NCBI GenBank assembly: GCA_963771175.1
Contig: CAVYSY010000011.1
Span: 64,001-128,000, forward strand
Origin: an uncultured delta proteobacterium
Lineage (GTDB): Bacteria; Myxococcota; Myxococcia; Myxococcales; Myxococcaceae
Direction of reading: 5' to 3'
Length of the DNA: 64,000 nucleotides
Shown: one piece after another, positions 19,656 to 28,221 of the stretch
How positions within the stretch are numbered: the first letter of the stretch is position 1
Layout of the letters: every line of letters begins with the position of its first letter
Program-made: the position numbers and the translations under genes
The notes under the pieces: model-generated
What the model saw: the letters and a program-made list of their open reading frames with translations, nothing else
Database searches by the model: none
Told to the model about the DNA's origin: nothing

Positions 19656-20110
19656 TTGAAAGAGGGTCGTGCGAGCCAGACCGCGTTGTTGGTGGCCTTC
19701 ATGCGAGCGGTGGCGGATCTCGGTGTCACCTCCGTGCCCGAGTTCCGCGACCCCACCGCTCGCCACCTGCTGGCTCCTCCCTGGTCGAGCTTCCTCCGCC
19801 TCGCGCAGTGGCGCCCGCCCATGGGGGCTCGCTGGGCGTGTGAGGCCGCCGCCAGCATGATGGACATGGTCGCGCTCCGGACCGTGCTCATCGACTCGTA
19901 TCTCCGCGAGGCGCTCGCGCGCGGCGTGCGCCAGGTCGTCATCCTCGGGGCTGGCCTGGACGGGCGAGCCTACCGGCTCCAGGAGCTCGCGGGCGCCGAC
20001 GTCTTCGAGGTGGACCACCCCGCCACCCAGGCGTTCAAGAGGGCCCGCCTGGGCGCGCTCACGCCGACCGCGAAGAGCCTTCGCTTCGCCACCGCCAACT
20101 TCGAGACGGT
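19656..20110 (+). pseudogene. N-terminal half of an LCM/YktD-type class I SAM methyltransferase (truncated)
   Basis: ASQTALLVAFMRA, FRDPTA, RT..ID, QVVILGAGLDGRAYRL and FEVDHPATQAFK. Similarity ends at ANFET and the frame runs into the next gene. Confidence 0.7.
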
Positions 20111-20171
20111 AGCAACGCAGCACCCCCACCGGGTGAGCGCCACCCGTACGTCCATTCACAGGAGGCAGCAC

Positions 20172-21041
20172 ATGAACAGCCGCATGCTCCGTCTCACCAG
20201 CGCCATCGCCAGCATGTTCCTCGCTGGTCCCGCCCTGGCCGCCGAGACCATCTACGACAGCACCGACCCGGCCATTACCTACACCGGCTCGTGGAACCAC
20301 GAGACCAGCAGCACCTACTACCGCGCCCACGCTGGCACGCTGAGCGAGACCCGGACCGCCAACTCCGCCGCGTCGCTCACCTTCACGGGTGGCTCCACCA
20401 TCTCGCTCGTCTTCACCATGGGCGGCAATCGCTGGAAGTCCAACGTCTACATCGACGGCCAGCTCGTGGAGACGCTCAATACCCGGACCCCGGTGTACAA
20501 CCAGCGCTGGCAGGTGATGAAGACCTGGAGCCTCGATCCCCGGCTCACCTCGCACACCATCGAGGTGGTGGCGCTGGGGGCCGTCGATGGCCAGGACACC
20601 CAAGTCAGCTGGAGCGACGTCGACGCCTTCATCGTCGACACCTCCGCCGCCATTCCTCCCTCTCCGGGTGTCTGGGCGGCCTACCCCTATAACGATCCGG
20701 AGGTGACGTACGCCGGGGCGTGGACCTTCTACCCGGACCCCACCGCCACCGCCGGCGCCCGTGCGCAGTCGCAGGAGAAGATGAACTCGGCCAGCTTCAC
20801 GTTCTACGGCAGCTCCGTGCGGCTGGACTACTTCGCTGGTGGCAACCGGGGCATCGCGGAGATCGCGCTCGACGGCAAGGTGCTGACCGACCTGGACATG
20901 TACGGCCCGGGCGAGTCGCGCTCCAAGCGCTTCGACACGCTCATCGGCTACCACACCCTGACCGTCACCGTGGCGGGCCGGAAGAACGCCCTGTCCACGA
21001 ATGATGTCGTGAGCATCAACGGCTTCCGGGTGCTGCGCTGA
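20172..21041 (+). CDS. Secreted protein with two tandem CBM/galactose-binding-like domains
   Basis: Own GGAGG RBS (20161), signal peptide ending ALA-A, and two repeats (DPAITYTGSW...ASLTFTG / DPEVTYAGAW...ASFTFYG; IDG/LDG; HTI/HTL). Confidence 0.75.
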   Translation: MNSRMLRLTSAIASMFLAGPALAAETIYDSTDPAITYTGSWNHETSSTYYRAHAGTLSETRTANSAASLTFTGGSTISLVFTMGGNRWKSNVYIDGQLVETLNTRTPVYNQRWQVMKTWSLDPRLTSHTIEVVALGAVDGQDTQVSWSDVDAFIVDTSAAIPPSPGVWAAYPYNDPEVTYAGAWTFYPDPTATAGARAQSQEKMNSASFTFYGSSVRLDYFAGGNRGIAEIALDGKVLTDLDMYGPGESRSKRFDTLIGYHTLTVTVAGRKNALSTNDVVSINGFRVLR

Positions 21042-21104
21042 CCCTCGGTTGACACGCCAGCGCCTGCTCAACCAAGGGGAGCAGGCGCTGGTGATCGCCG
21101 GGCG

Positions 21105-22244
21105 TCAACTCTGCGTCGAGAGGATGTCCGGCATGATGCGGTCGAGCTGGAGGCGGATCAGGCTGCACCGCGTCTCCGGCCCTACCAGCACGAAGATGCC
21201 CATGTACCCGAGCGGCTTCACCTCGATGGGGTGGAGCAGCAGCGAGCCTCGTGGCGTCTCCACGATGATGTCCGAGGGCTCCCACCCGCCCGGCTTCAGC
21301 TCCTTCAGGCTCGACGTCAGCAGCTCCCTCGCGCTCCTGGCGAGGATGTCCGGGGCGGGCCCCTGAGCTCCCCTCGTCATCAGGTGAATGCCGGACTCCA
21401 AGGCCACGACGCCTGCCATGAGGCTCGACTCGAGGCACTGGAGCTTGCTCAGCTGCTCGCTCACCCGCTCCACGGCGGCCTTCGCCTGCGAGTCCTCCCT
21501 GGCCGGCACCGCAGCTGACACCGTGGGGGCCGCCGGTGCCGCAGGAGTCGCGGGAGCCGCCGGCGCCGCGGGGACCACGGATGTTATCGGCGCCACGGCG
21601 GGAGGTTTGAGCTGGTTGCGCTGGGCGTCGACGAGCGTCGACAGGGCATCCAGCGCGTTCTTCTCTCCCATCTGCGAGACGAGCCACGGCAACGCCGTGC
21701 GCCCGGCTTTATCCAACTCCGCCGCCGCCCGCAGCGCCTCGGCGATGTCGAAAGTCAGGCTCCCGGCGTACGGACGGTTGGAGGGCACGAACATCGTGAC
21801 GAGGCTCGGCCAGGAGAAGGGCTGTAGCAGCCCTTCCGCCACGTGCTTCAGGAGCACCTTGCGGATGCTCTCCATGTCGAGGAGGCCCCAGCTGACCACG
21901 GTCTCCGCGAAGTTGGCCCCGGTCCGCTTGCACTCGGCCACGACGGCGGAGAGGTCCGTCTCGCTGAGCAGCTTGCTGTCGATGAGCTGCCGGCCCAGCG
22001 TCCGGGGGACGGTGCTCGCCGTCGCCCACACGACGTGTCCCTTGAGGACGTAGATGCGGGCGGTGTGCATCTCGTACTTGGCGACGACTTCTCCCCCGAC
22101 CTCGGAGCGCAGCGCCTCGCGAAGCGTCGTGAGGAGCGAGAGGTGTCCCGAGCGCAGTGCCAGCGCCGCACCCGTGTCATCTCCCTGCTCGTGCGGCTTG
22201 CTGGCGGTGTCTGCCGAGACCGACATGGCTTCATCCTCCTGCAA
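21105..22244 (-). CDS. DUF4388/PatA_N-like domain protein with Pro/Ala linker and C-terminal roadblock-like domain
   Basis: ARIYVLKGHVVWA...LGRQLIDSKLLS...GLLD N-terminal pattern, APAAPATPAAPAAP linker, and C-terminal DIIVETPRGSLLLHP. Confidence 0.6.
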   Translation of the reverse strand: MQEDEAMSVSADTASKPHEQGDDTGAALALRSGHLSLLTTLREALRSEVGGEVVAKYEMHTARIYVLKGHVVWATASTVPRTLGRQLIDSKLLSETDLSAVVAECKRTGANFAETVVSWGLLDMESIRKVLLKHVAEGLLQPFSWPSLVTMFVPSNRPYAGSLTFDIAEALRAAAELDKAGRTALPWLVSQMGEKNALDALSTLVDAQRNQLKPPAVAPITSVVPAAPAAPATPAAPAAPTVSAAVPAREDSQAKAAVERVSEQLSKLQCLESSLMAGVVALESGIHLMTRGAQGPAPDILARSARELLTSSLKELKPGGWEPSDIIVETPRGSLLLHPIEVKPLGYMGIFVLVGPETRCSLIRLQLDRIMPDILSTQS

Positions 22245-22278
22245 CGGCGCTAGCTCCTGGGCCAGGCACGGTGGTCTC

Positions 22279-22644
22279 TCAGGTCAGATCCTTCACGATC
22301 AGTGGCGCGAGGCGCTCCATCGTCATCTTCGCGAGCGCCTGGTTCCCGTCGTTCGAGAGGATGGTGATCATGTGCACGTGGGCGTTGTCGCTGCCGCCCG
22401 TGCAGAGCATCACGACGATGCCCTTCGGCGTGTACAGCACCAGCTCGCGCATCGCCTCCAGGCCGATCTTCAGGCAGACATCGTGTGCCTGCCGGAAGAT
22501 GTCATTGAAGGTCGCGCTCACCAGGCCGAGATCGATGCCGCCCGAGGCATCCCCGACGAGGAGATCGCCCGTGTAGTGCATGACTCCCGCGGCGAGGTAG
22601 CCCCGGATTCCCTTCAGCTCATTGACGTACTTCTGCAGATCCAT
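22279..22644 (-). CDS. Roadblock/LC7 (MglB-like) small protein
   Basis: 121 aa with AGGAG RBS; helix-IRGYLAAGVMHYTGDLL...ELVLYTPKGIVVM...GNQALAK pattern. Confidence 0.65.
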   Translation of the reverse strand: MDLQKYVNELKGIRGYLAAGVMHYTGDLLVGDASGGIDLGLVSATFNDIFRQAHDVCLKIGLEAMRELVLYTPKGIVVMLCTGGSDNAHVHMITILSNDGNQALAKMTMERLAPLIVKDLT

Positions 22645-23043
22645 GCCGCTTCTCCTGGATGGCCTCGAATCGATTCCGCCCTACTGCTCGGACTTCCCCA
22701 CGCACGGGTCGTGGACCCACAGTCGGGAGGTAATCTCTCCAGCGTGTACCCACGTTATGTTGTGGAGTCAACGATTCCAGGGGACCGGGCCGAGAAGGCA
22801 TCAAAGAAATTGACAGGCACCAGCCTCCACACCCGCGCATCGAGCTCCGCTTCACGTTCTCGGAGGTGGGTTTTCGAGCCATTCCGGACAGGACCCGACA
22901 CGTCCTGTGCCCCGGCCAGCCCTGGATGGTCCGACCCGACCTCCCAGGTCGGGCCTTTGCTCAGGGGTTCCACCCCGCGTCGCCATGAGTCCCCACGCGG
23001 CTCCTCATTGACCCGGTACGGAGCAATGGGTTGAATTGGCGGC

Positions 23044-23259
23044 ATGAGCGACACCGAGGACACCCAGCGCTACAAGGTCGTGGTCAACCACGAGGAGCAG
23101 TATTCCATCTGGCTCGCGGAGCGCGAGAACGCCCTCGGCTGGAAGGACGCGGGCAAGGAGGGCACCAAGGCCGAGTGCCTCGACTACATCAAGCAGGTAT
23201 GGACGGACATGCGCCCGCTCAGCCTGCGCAAGAAGATGGAGGAGGCAGGCAAGTCGTGA
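23044..23259 (+). CDS. mbtH: MbtH-like protein
   Basis: [12 protein letters not shown]...GW...[17 protein letters not shown], the diagnostic three-Trp MbtH signature. Confidence 0.95.
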   Translation: MSDTEDTQRYKVVVNHEEQYSIWLAERENALGWKDAGKEGTKAECLDYIKQVWTDMRPLSLRKKMEEAGKS

Positions 23260-23274
23260 GGTGCCGGGCCCGGC

Positions 23275-23646
23275 TCACCTCGGTGGGGCGCTCGTCGCGG
23301 ACATCGCGAAGGCGCGCATCCTCTCGGGAGGGCAGGGCTTCAGCAGCACGGTGACATCGGTCGGGAGGATGTCGCGCGCCGGGCTCTGGGTGGTGTGGAG
23401 AGCACAGCGCAGCTCCGGTGTGCGAGCCCGCAGGGCCGACAGCAACGACAGCCCGTCCATACCCGGCAGGATGTACGCGGCGATGACGACCGAGGGCGGC
23501 TCCTGCTCCGCCAGCTGCAGGGCCTCTTCTCCGCTGGTGGCCAGGCGCTTGGTGCCGGGAAGATCGCGGAACAGTCGTCGCATCGCCGAGAGTTGCAGCG
23601 GATCCTCGTCGACGAAAAGATAGGAGGGCAGGGCGTCCACGGTCAT
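23275..23646 (-). CDS. Single-domain response-regulator receiver (atypical)
   Basis: FVDED, ATSGEEAL, LPGMDG and LLKP; the phosphoacceptor position reads VVIAAY. Confidence 0.8.
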   Translation of the reverse strand: MTVDALPSYLFVDEDPLQLSAMRRLFRDLPGTKRLATSGEEALQLAEQEPPSVVIAAYILPGMDGLSLLSALRARTPELRCALHTTQSPARDILPTDVTVLLKPCPPERMRAFAMSATSAPPR

Positions 23647-23771
23647 CCGGGACCTCCAGGACCAGGCATGTAACGTGACGGGTCCTCGGTCGGACGTACT
23701 ACCCCAGTCGTCCTGGGAAACCAACCTCCCGAGTCATATTGCCACTGCCGAACCACTCGGGTCCCGGGACA

Positions 23772-24143
23772 ATGGCAAAAAAGCTCGCAACCAGGCTGGG
23801 GGAAAGCGCACGCGCAGCCCGCCAGCGCCTCAACCTCACACAGGAAGATGTGGCGGAGCGCATCGGCATCGCCACAGAGGTATACGGGCGGCTGGAGCGC
23901 GGCAACATGCTTCCGAGCGTCCCGACCTTCCGGAAGCTGTGTGCGGTGCTGGCCCTGTCCGCGGACGAGGCCCTGGGGCTGGCCACCGAGAACCCCGCCC
24001 CGTGGACCCCTCCGCCTCCTCCTCCCGAGGCCAGTGAGCCGGCGGAGCTCCGTCGCTTGCTGCGCCGGGCCCGTCTGTTGGATCGCAACTCGCTCCGGGT
24101 GCTCAGCCTCGTCGCGGCGCACCTGGGACAGAAGAACGGTTAG
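23772..24143 (+). CDS. XRE-family helix-turn-helix regulator
   Basis: ARQRLNLTQEDVAERIGIATEVYGRLERGNMLPS. Confidence 0.9.
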   Translation: MAKKLATRLGESARAARQRLNLTQEDVAERIGIATEVYGRLERGNMLPSVPTFRKLCAVLALSADEALGLATENPAPWTPPPPPPEASEPAELRRLLRRARLLDRNSLRVLSLVAAHLGQKNG

Positions 24144-24157
24144 GGAGGGTGTCTGTC

Positions 24158-25342
24158 TCACGGTGAGAGCCTCGCGCGTAGCCTCTTCGCCGATGGGAAT
24201 CCATGGAAGAGCACCACCTGCGGGTGTGCCTCCAGCTCCGCGCGCTCCTGGGTGCCCTTCGCCAGCGCCCGATCCACTCCCAGCAGCAGCCCCGCGTCCG
24301 GTCGTGAGCGCAGCTCCTCCAGCCGCCGCGCCAGCGGGCCCGCGTGCCACGCGTGGAACAGCTCCAGCGCCACCTCTCTCCCCGACTCCCGGTGACGGAA
24401 GGTCAGGTCCGGCACGCACAACCCGGCGGCTCCCATGTGCCGTGGCAGAGGCAGCAGGTCCAGCTCCCAGTCCGCGTCGTCGAAGCCCTGCGCCAGCGTG
24501 GCCACCTCGGGCGGGATGTGGCCCAGCGCCGGGCCGTGCGGTGAGACCAGCGGATCCTTCTCGTCCAGCACCAGTGTCACCCGGCGCCGGGGGCTCTCGA
24601 GCGCCGCCGTGAGGTGCCAGTGCTTCAGCACGGGCACCACCGACAGGAAGGTGGCGAGCTGCAGTCCGTACTTCTTCTGCAGCGCCAGCATGGCCCCCGG
24701 GCCCTCCACCTCGAGCACCCAGTCCTCGCCGTCGCGCCGCACCTCGGCCACCAGCCGGCAGAACTTCAGCCAGCGCAGCACCTTGCGCACCCGCAGCAAT
24801 TCCGGCGCCCGCGCTCGCAGCGTCAGCCTCCGCGCGTCGAACAGCGGCCCCTGCGCCAGCGCGAGGTTGTAGCGATCCAGCAGCTCCGCGGGCGAGAGCG
24901 CTTCCCACTCCAGCAGCTTCCGGTGACCTGGCAGGTCGGCATACAGGGCCTCGCGCAGCTCGGGCAGCGGGCGGGGGAGGGCCTCGGCCAGCCGTGCCTC
25001 GTAGCCCTCCACCGTCGCGTCCGCGGGCAGCGCGCGCAGCACCTTCGCGGCCTCTCGGAAGGTCTCCGCGCGCGCCTCGGCGATGCCCTCCGCGGGCTCC
25101 TCGAAGCGCATCCGGTCCACCAGCAGCTTCACCAGCCCCCGCGCCACCTTGGGCCGCGTGTGCGCGCCGGCCCGCAGGCCCAGCGTCTCCTCCACATCGT
25201 CCCGCGACTGTCCGAGCCCCGCCTCCACCTCGGCGATGAGCTCGCCCGCCAGCGCGAGCAGTCCCGGGTCGTCCCGCTTCACGAAGGAGGGACGCAGCTT
25301 CCCGTCGCGCACCCGGAAGAGGAGCAGCTCGCGCGTCAGCAT
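24158..25342 (-). CDS. DUF790 family (Bax1-like) putative endonuclease
   Basis: MLTRELL start, LYADL, LLDRYNLALAQG, EGP...KYG, and a nuclease-like VPDLTF...LELFHAW. Confidence 0.85.
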   Translation of the reverse strand: MLTRELLLFRVRDGKLRPSFVKRDDPGLLALAGELIAEVEAGLGQSRDDVEETLGLRAGAHTRPKVARGLVKLLVDRMRFEEPAEGIAEARAETFREAAKVLRALPADATVEGYEARLAEALPRPLPELREALYADLPGHRKLLEWEALSPAELLDRYNLALAQGPLFDARRLTLRARAPELLRVRKVLRWLKFCRLVAEVRRDGEDWVLEVEGPGAMLALQKKYGLQLATFLSVVPVLKHWHLTAALESPRRRVTLVLDEKDPLVSPHGPALGHIPPEVATLAQGFDDADWELDLLPLPRHMGAAGLCVPDLTFRHRESGREVALELFHAWHAGPLARRLEELRSRPDAGLLLGVDRALAKGTQERAELEAHPQVVLFHGFPSAKRLRARLSP

Positions 25343-26717
25343 GCCTCGCCTCCTCCTGGTAGGCCCGGTGCTGGCGCCGCCGCTCGCTGATGGAGGCCTC
25401 GGCCGTCTGCGCCGAGCACACCTCGTACAGGAGGGCCCGCTTCCCGGGCCGCTGGCGGAGGATGCGGCCCAGCCGCTGCACGTGCTCGCGCACGCTGCCG
25501 CTGCCGCTGAGCACCACGCCCACCCGCGCGTCCGGCACGTCCACGCCCTCGTTGAGCACTCGCGAGGTGAGCAGCACCGGCAGCTCCCCGCTCGCGAAGG
25601 CGGCCAGCAGCGCCTTGCGCTCGGGCACGGGCGTGTGGTGCGTCAGCGCCGGCAGCAGCAGCCGCCGCGCCAGCGTGTACACCGTCTCGTTGTCGTCGGT
25701 GAAGACGATGGCCCGGTCCTCGCGGTGCTCCAGGAGGATGCGCCACAGCACGTCCACCTTCGCGCTGGAGGTGAGGGCGATGCGCCGCTGCTCCCGGTAG
25801 CCCCGGTACGCCGCGCGCCCTTCCTCCGTGCGCTGGCTCTCCGCGAGGAAGCGCGCCCAGCCCTCCGGCACGTCGAAGCGGATGCCCTTCTGGCGGATGA
25901 AGGCCAGGTAGCGCGCGCGCGCCTCGTCGTGCCGCGCCTGCTCCTCGGGCGTCAGCGGCACTTCTATCCGGCGCACCTCGTACGGGGCCAGGTAGCGCCC
26001 CTGCAGCTCGCGGATGTCCGTGCGGTGCACCAGCGGCCCCAGCAGCTCCTCGCACACGCGCTCGCCGCCGTCCGTGCGCTCCAGCGTGGCGGTGAGGCCC
26101 AGCCGGTAGGGCGCCAGCGAGCCCTCGGCGATGAAGCGGTAGCTGGGCGCCGGCAGGTGGTGGCACTCGTCGCAGATGAGGAAGCCGAAGCGGTTTCCGT
26201 GGAACTCCGTCTGCATCGCCGCCGAGTCGTACGTCGTCACCGTCAGCGGCTGCCGGTCGCTCACCCCTCCGCCCAGCATCCCCACCGGCACGCCCAGGTG
26301 CCGCGACAGCACCCCCTGCCACTGCGCCATCAGGTCCAGCGTGGGCACGACCACCAAGGTGGGACGCTTCACCTGGGCGATGGCCAGCACCGCCAGCAGC
26401 GTCTTGCCCGCGCCCGTGGGCAGCTCCACCAGCCCGCGCCCGCCCGCGCCGCTCCACGCCTCCAGCGCGGCCCGCTGGTGGGGGAAGGGCTCGATGGGGG
26501 TGGCCAGCGCCACCTCCAGCGGCTCGAAGCGCTTCGCCCGGTCCTCGTAGGGCAGGCCCAGCTCGCGCAGCCGCAGCACTACCTCCCGGTAGTGGCGCGC
26601 CGCGGCCCGGTACACCCCGGTGCGCGTGTCCTTCTGGAACAGCGCGCGCAGGGCTCCGTCGTCCGGCAGCGAGGGCGCCACCAGCGTGCCGCAATCGAAG
26701 TGGAGCTCGGTGGCCAT
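25336..26717 (-). CDS. XPB/Rad25-like SF2 (DExH) helicase
   Basis: HQ, LPTGAGKT, DECHH, GLTAT, LNEGVDVP and QRLGRILR. The stop is probably the TGA overlapping the DUF790 ATG, shifted by an indel, so the track ORF reads through. Confidence 0.9.
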
Positions 26718-27024
26718 CGGTTGAGGGACGGGAGTAGCCCGATATTCGTGCCAGCGCCAGAGCATGACTTTTGAGGTGGGTTTTTCGCCGGCTGGCTGGC
26801 TGTTCAGGGAGGAAACTTGCAGGGGCCTTATAGGTGGAAAGAGCGGATTTGCATGTAAAATAATACTTACGCGGTATCTCCGCACGGTCTGGATTCCGTG
26901 TCTCTTCGTGCGGGGGGATGAGTGGGGTGCCCAGGGAGGGCTCGAGCGCCGGCTCGCCGGGCAATGGGAAAGGATGGGGGGCTATCCTCTTCGCGCCCCA
27001 AAGGGCCTACCCTTCCTCATCCCC

Positions 27025-27435
27025 ATGATGCGCCGCATCGTCATCCTCAGTCCGCACCGCCCCTCCCGGGAGCTGCTCTCGCGCCTCCTGACGGAGCCGG
27101 GCCTGTCCGTCGTCGCCATGGCGGATGCCGACGAGGCCCTGGACTCCATCGCCGAGGACGAGCCTGCCCTGGTGGTGGTGGACGCGCGCCGGCCGGACGA
27201 GGACCACCCCTTGCTGTTGGGGTTGCTCAAGCGGCGCTACCCGCGCCAGCCCCTCATCACCCTGGTGCCCGGGCGCTTGCGCGTCTTCGACGGCAACGAG
27301 GAACGGGTGCGGGAGGTGCGTGACGGCTCGACCGAGGGGCTGCACCTGCTGCTCAGCGAGCTGCAGCGGGCCACGAGGGATCTGCTCGCCCAGCACCTGC
27401 TGCGCATGCTGCGCCCGCCCATCGGCGAGGCCTGA
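27025..27435 (+). CDS. Receiver-like (CheY-fold) protein, atypical
   Basis: RIVIL...ADEAL...PALVVVDA...LKRRYP..PLI; lacks the beta1 acidic pair and the conserved Lys. Confidence 0.65.
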   Translation: MMRRIVILSPHRPSRELLSRLLTEPGLSVVAMADADEALDSIAEDEPALVVVDARRPDEDHPLLLGLLKRRYPRQPLITLVPGRLRVFDGNEERVREVRDGSTEGLHLLLSELQRATRDLLAQHLLRMLRPPIGEA

Positions 27436-27571
27436 CGGGCGGACGTTCCGCTGGTCCCTGGAGGCGCGCTGGCGGCACTGCTCGACGGCCGCGCGCCCGG
27501 GTGGGGCCAGAGTCGGGGGGGAGGGGGCCGGAGGGACTCGGGTCGCGAGCGCCCTCCGGCACCACCCGTTC

Positions 27572-28201
27572 TCAGAGGTGCAGCCGGTAGCCCACGCCGG
27601 CGGCCAGGAAGCCGCCGATGTTGACGTCACCCGTGGTCAGGAAGCCCACGCGGGTGAAGTGGTAGTGGACCTCGGCGAAGATGCCGCCGGGGCCCAGCTT
27701 GTACTCGAGGCCGCCGAGGAGCTGGAAGCCCACGGTGCCCTCGGTCTCCGTGTACGTGCTACCGAAGGCCTCGGACCTGGCCCGGTGCAGGTAGAGGCCC
27801 GGGCCGGCGCCCACGTACGGAGTGAGGGTGCCCTCGAAGCGGTAGACGGCCGACAGCAGGATGGCCATCTCGCGCTCGGTGAGCTTGTACGCACCATCCG
27901 CCTGGAGCTGCGGGTCGCTGAGCGTGCCGCTGACGTTCGGCTGGTGGAAGTCGAACTCGGCGACGATGGCCAGGCGGTTGTCCAGCAGCGGGGTGAGGTA
28001 GCCCACCTCGCCCCCGACGAAGAAGGCGCCGCTGAGCGGGGTGGTGGTCTTGAAGAAGCCCAGCTTGGGAGCCAGGAGGATGGTGCCTCCAGACTTCGTG
28101 GCGGAGGTGGACTCGGCGGCGGGCTCCGCCTCCGGCGTGGGGGTGGCGGGCTCGGCGGTCTGGGCGAGCGCGAGGAGGATGAGGAGGGGAAGGGCGTTCA
28201 T
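27572..28201 (-). CDS. Small outer-membrane beta-barrel protein
   Basis: Signal peptide, amphipathic strands, TPYVGAGPGLY, and C-terminal AGVGYRLHL. Confidence 0.8.
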   Translation of the reverse strand: MNALPLLILLALAQTAEPATPTPEAEPAAESTSATKSGGTILLAPKLGFFKTTTPLSGAFFVGGEVGYLTPLLDNRLAIVAEFDFHQPNVSGTLSDPQLQADGAYKLTEREMAILLSAVYRFEGTLTPYVGAGPGLYLHRARSEAFGSTYTETEGTVGFQLLGGLEYKLGPGGIFAEVHYHFTRVGFLTTGDVNIGGFLAAGVGYRLHL

Positions 28202-28221
28202 GGTGGTGTGTTCCCGGGTGC

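Noticed and set aside
23044..23259. NRPS biosynthetic cluster around mbtH
   Set aside because: No A, C or PCP domains in the window.
26836..26854. Sigma54 promoter TGGAAA...TTGCA
   Set aside because: The GG-to-GC spacing is 13 nt, not the required 10.
23643..26885. 1080-aa helicase ORF from the track
   Set aside because: Similarity ends near 25340. The rest is off-frame read-through over the DUF790 and XRE genes.
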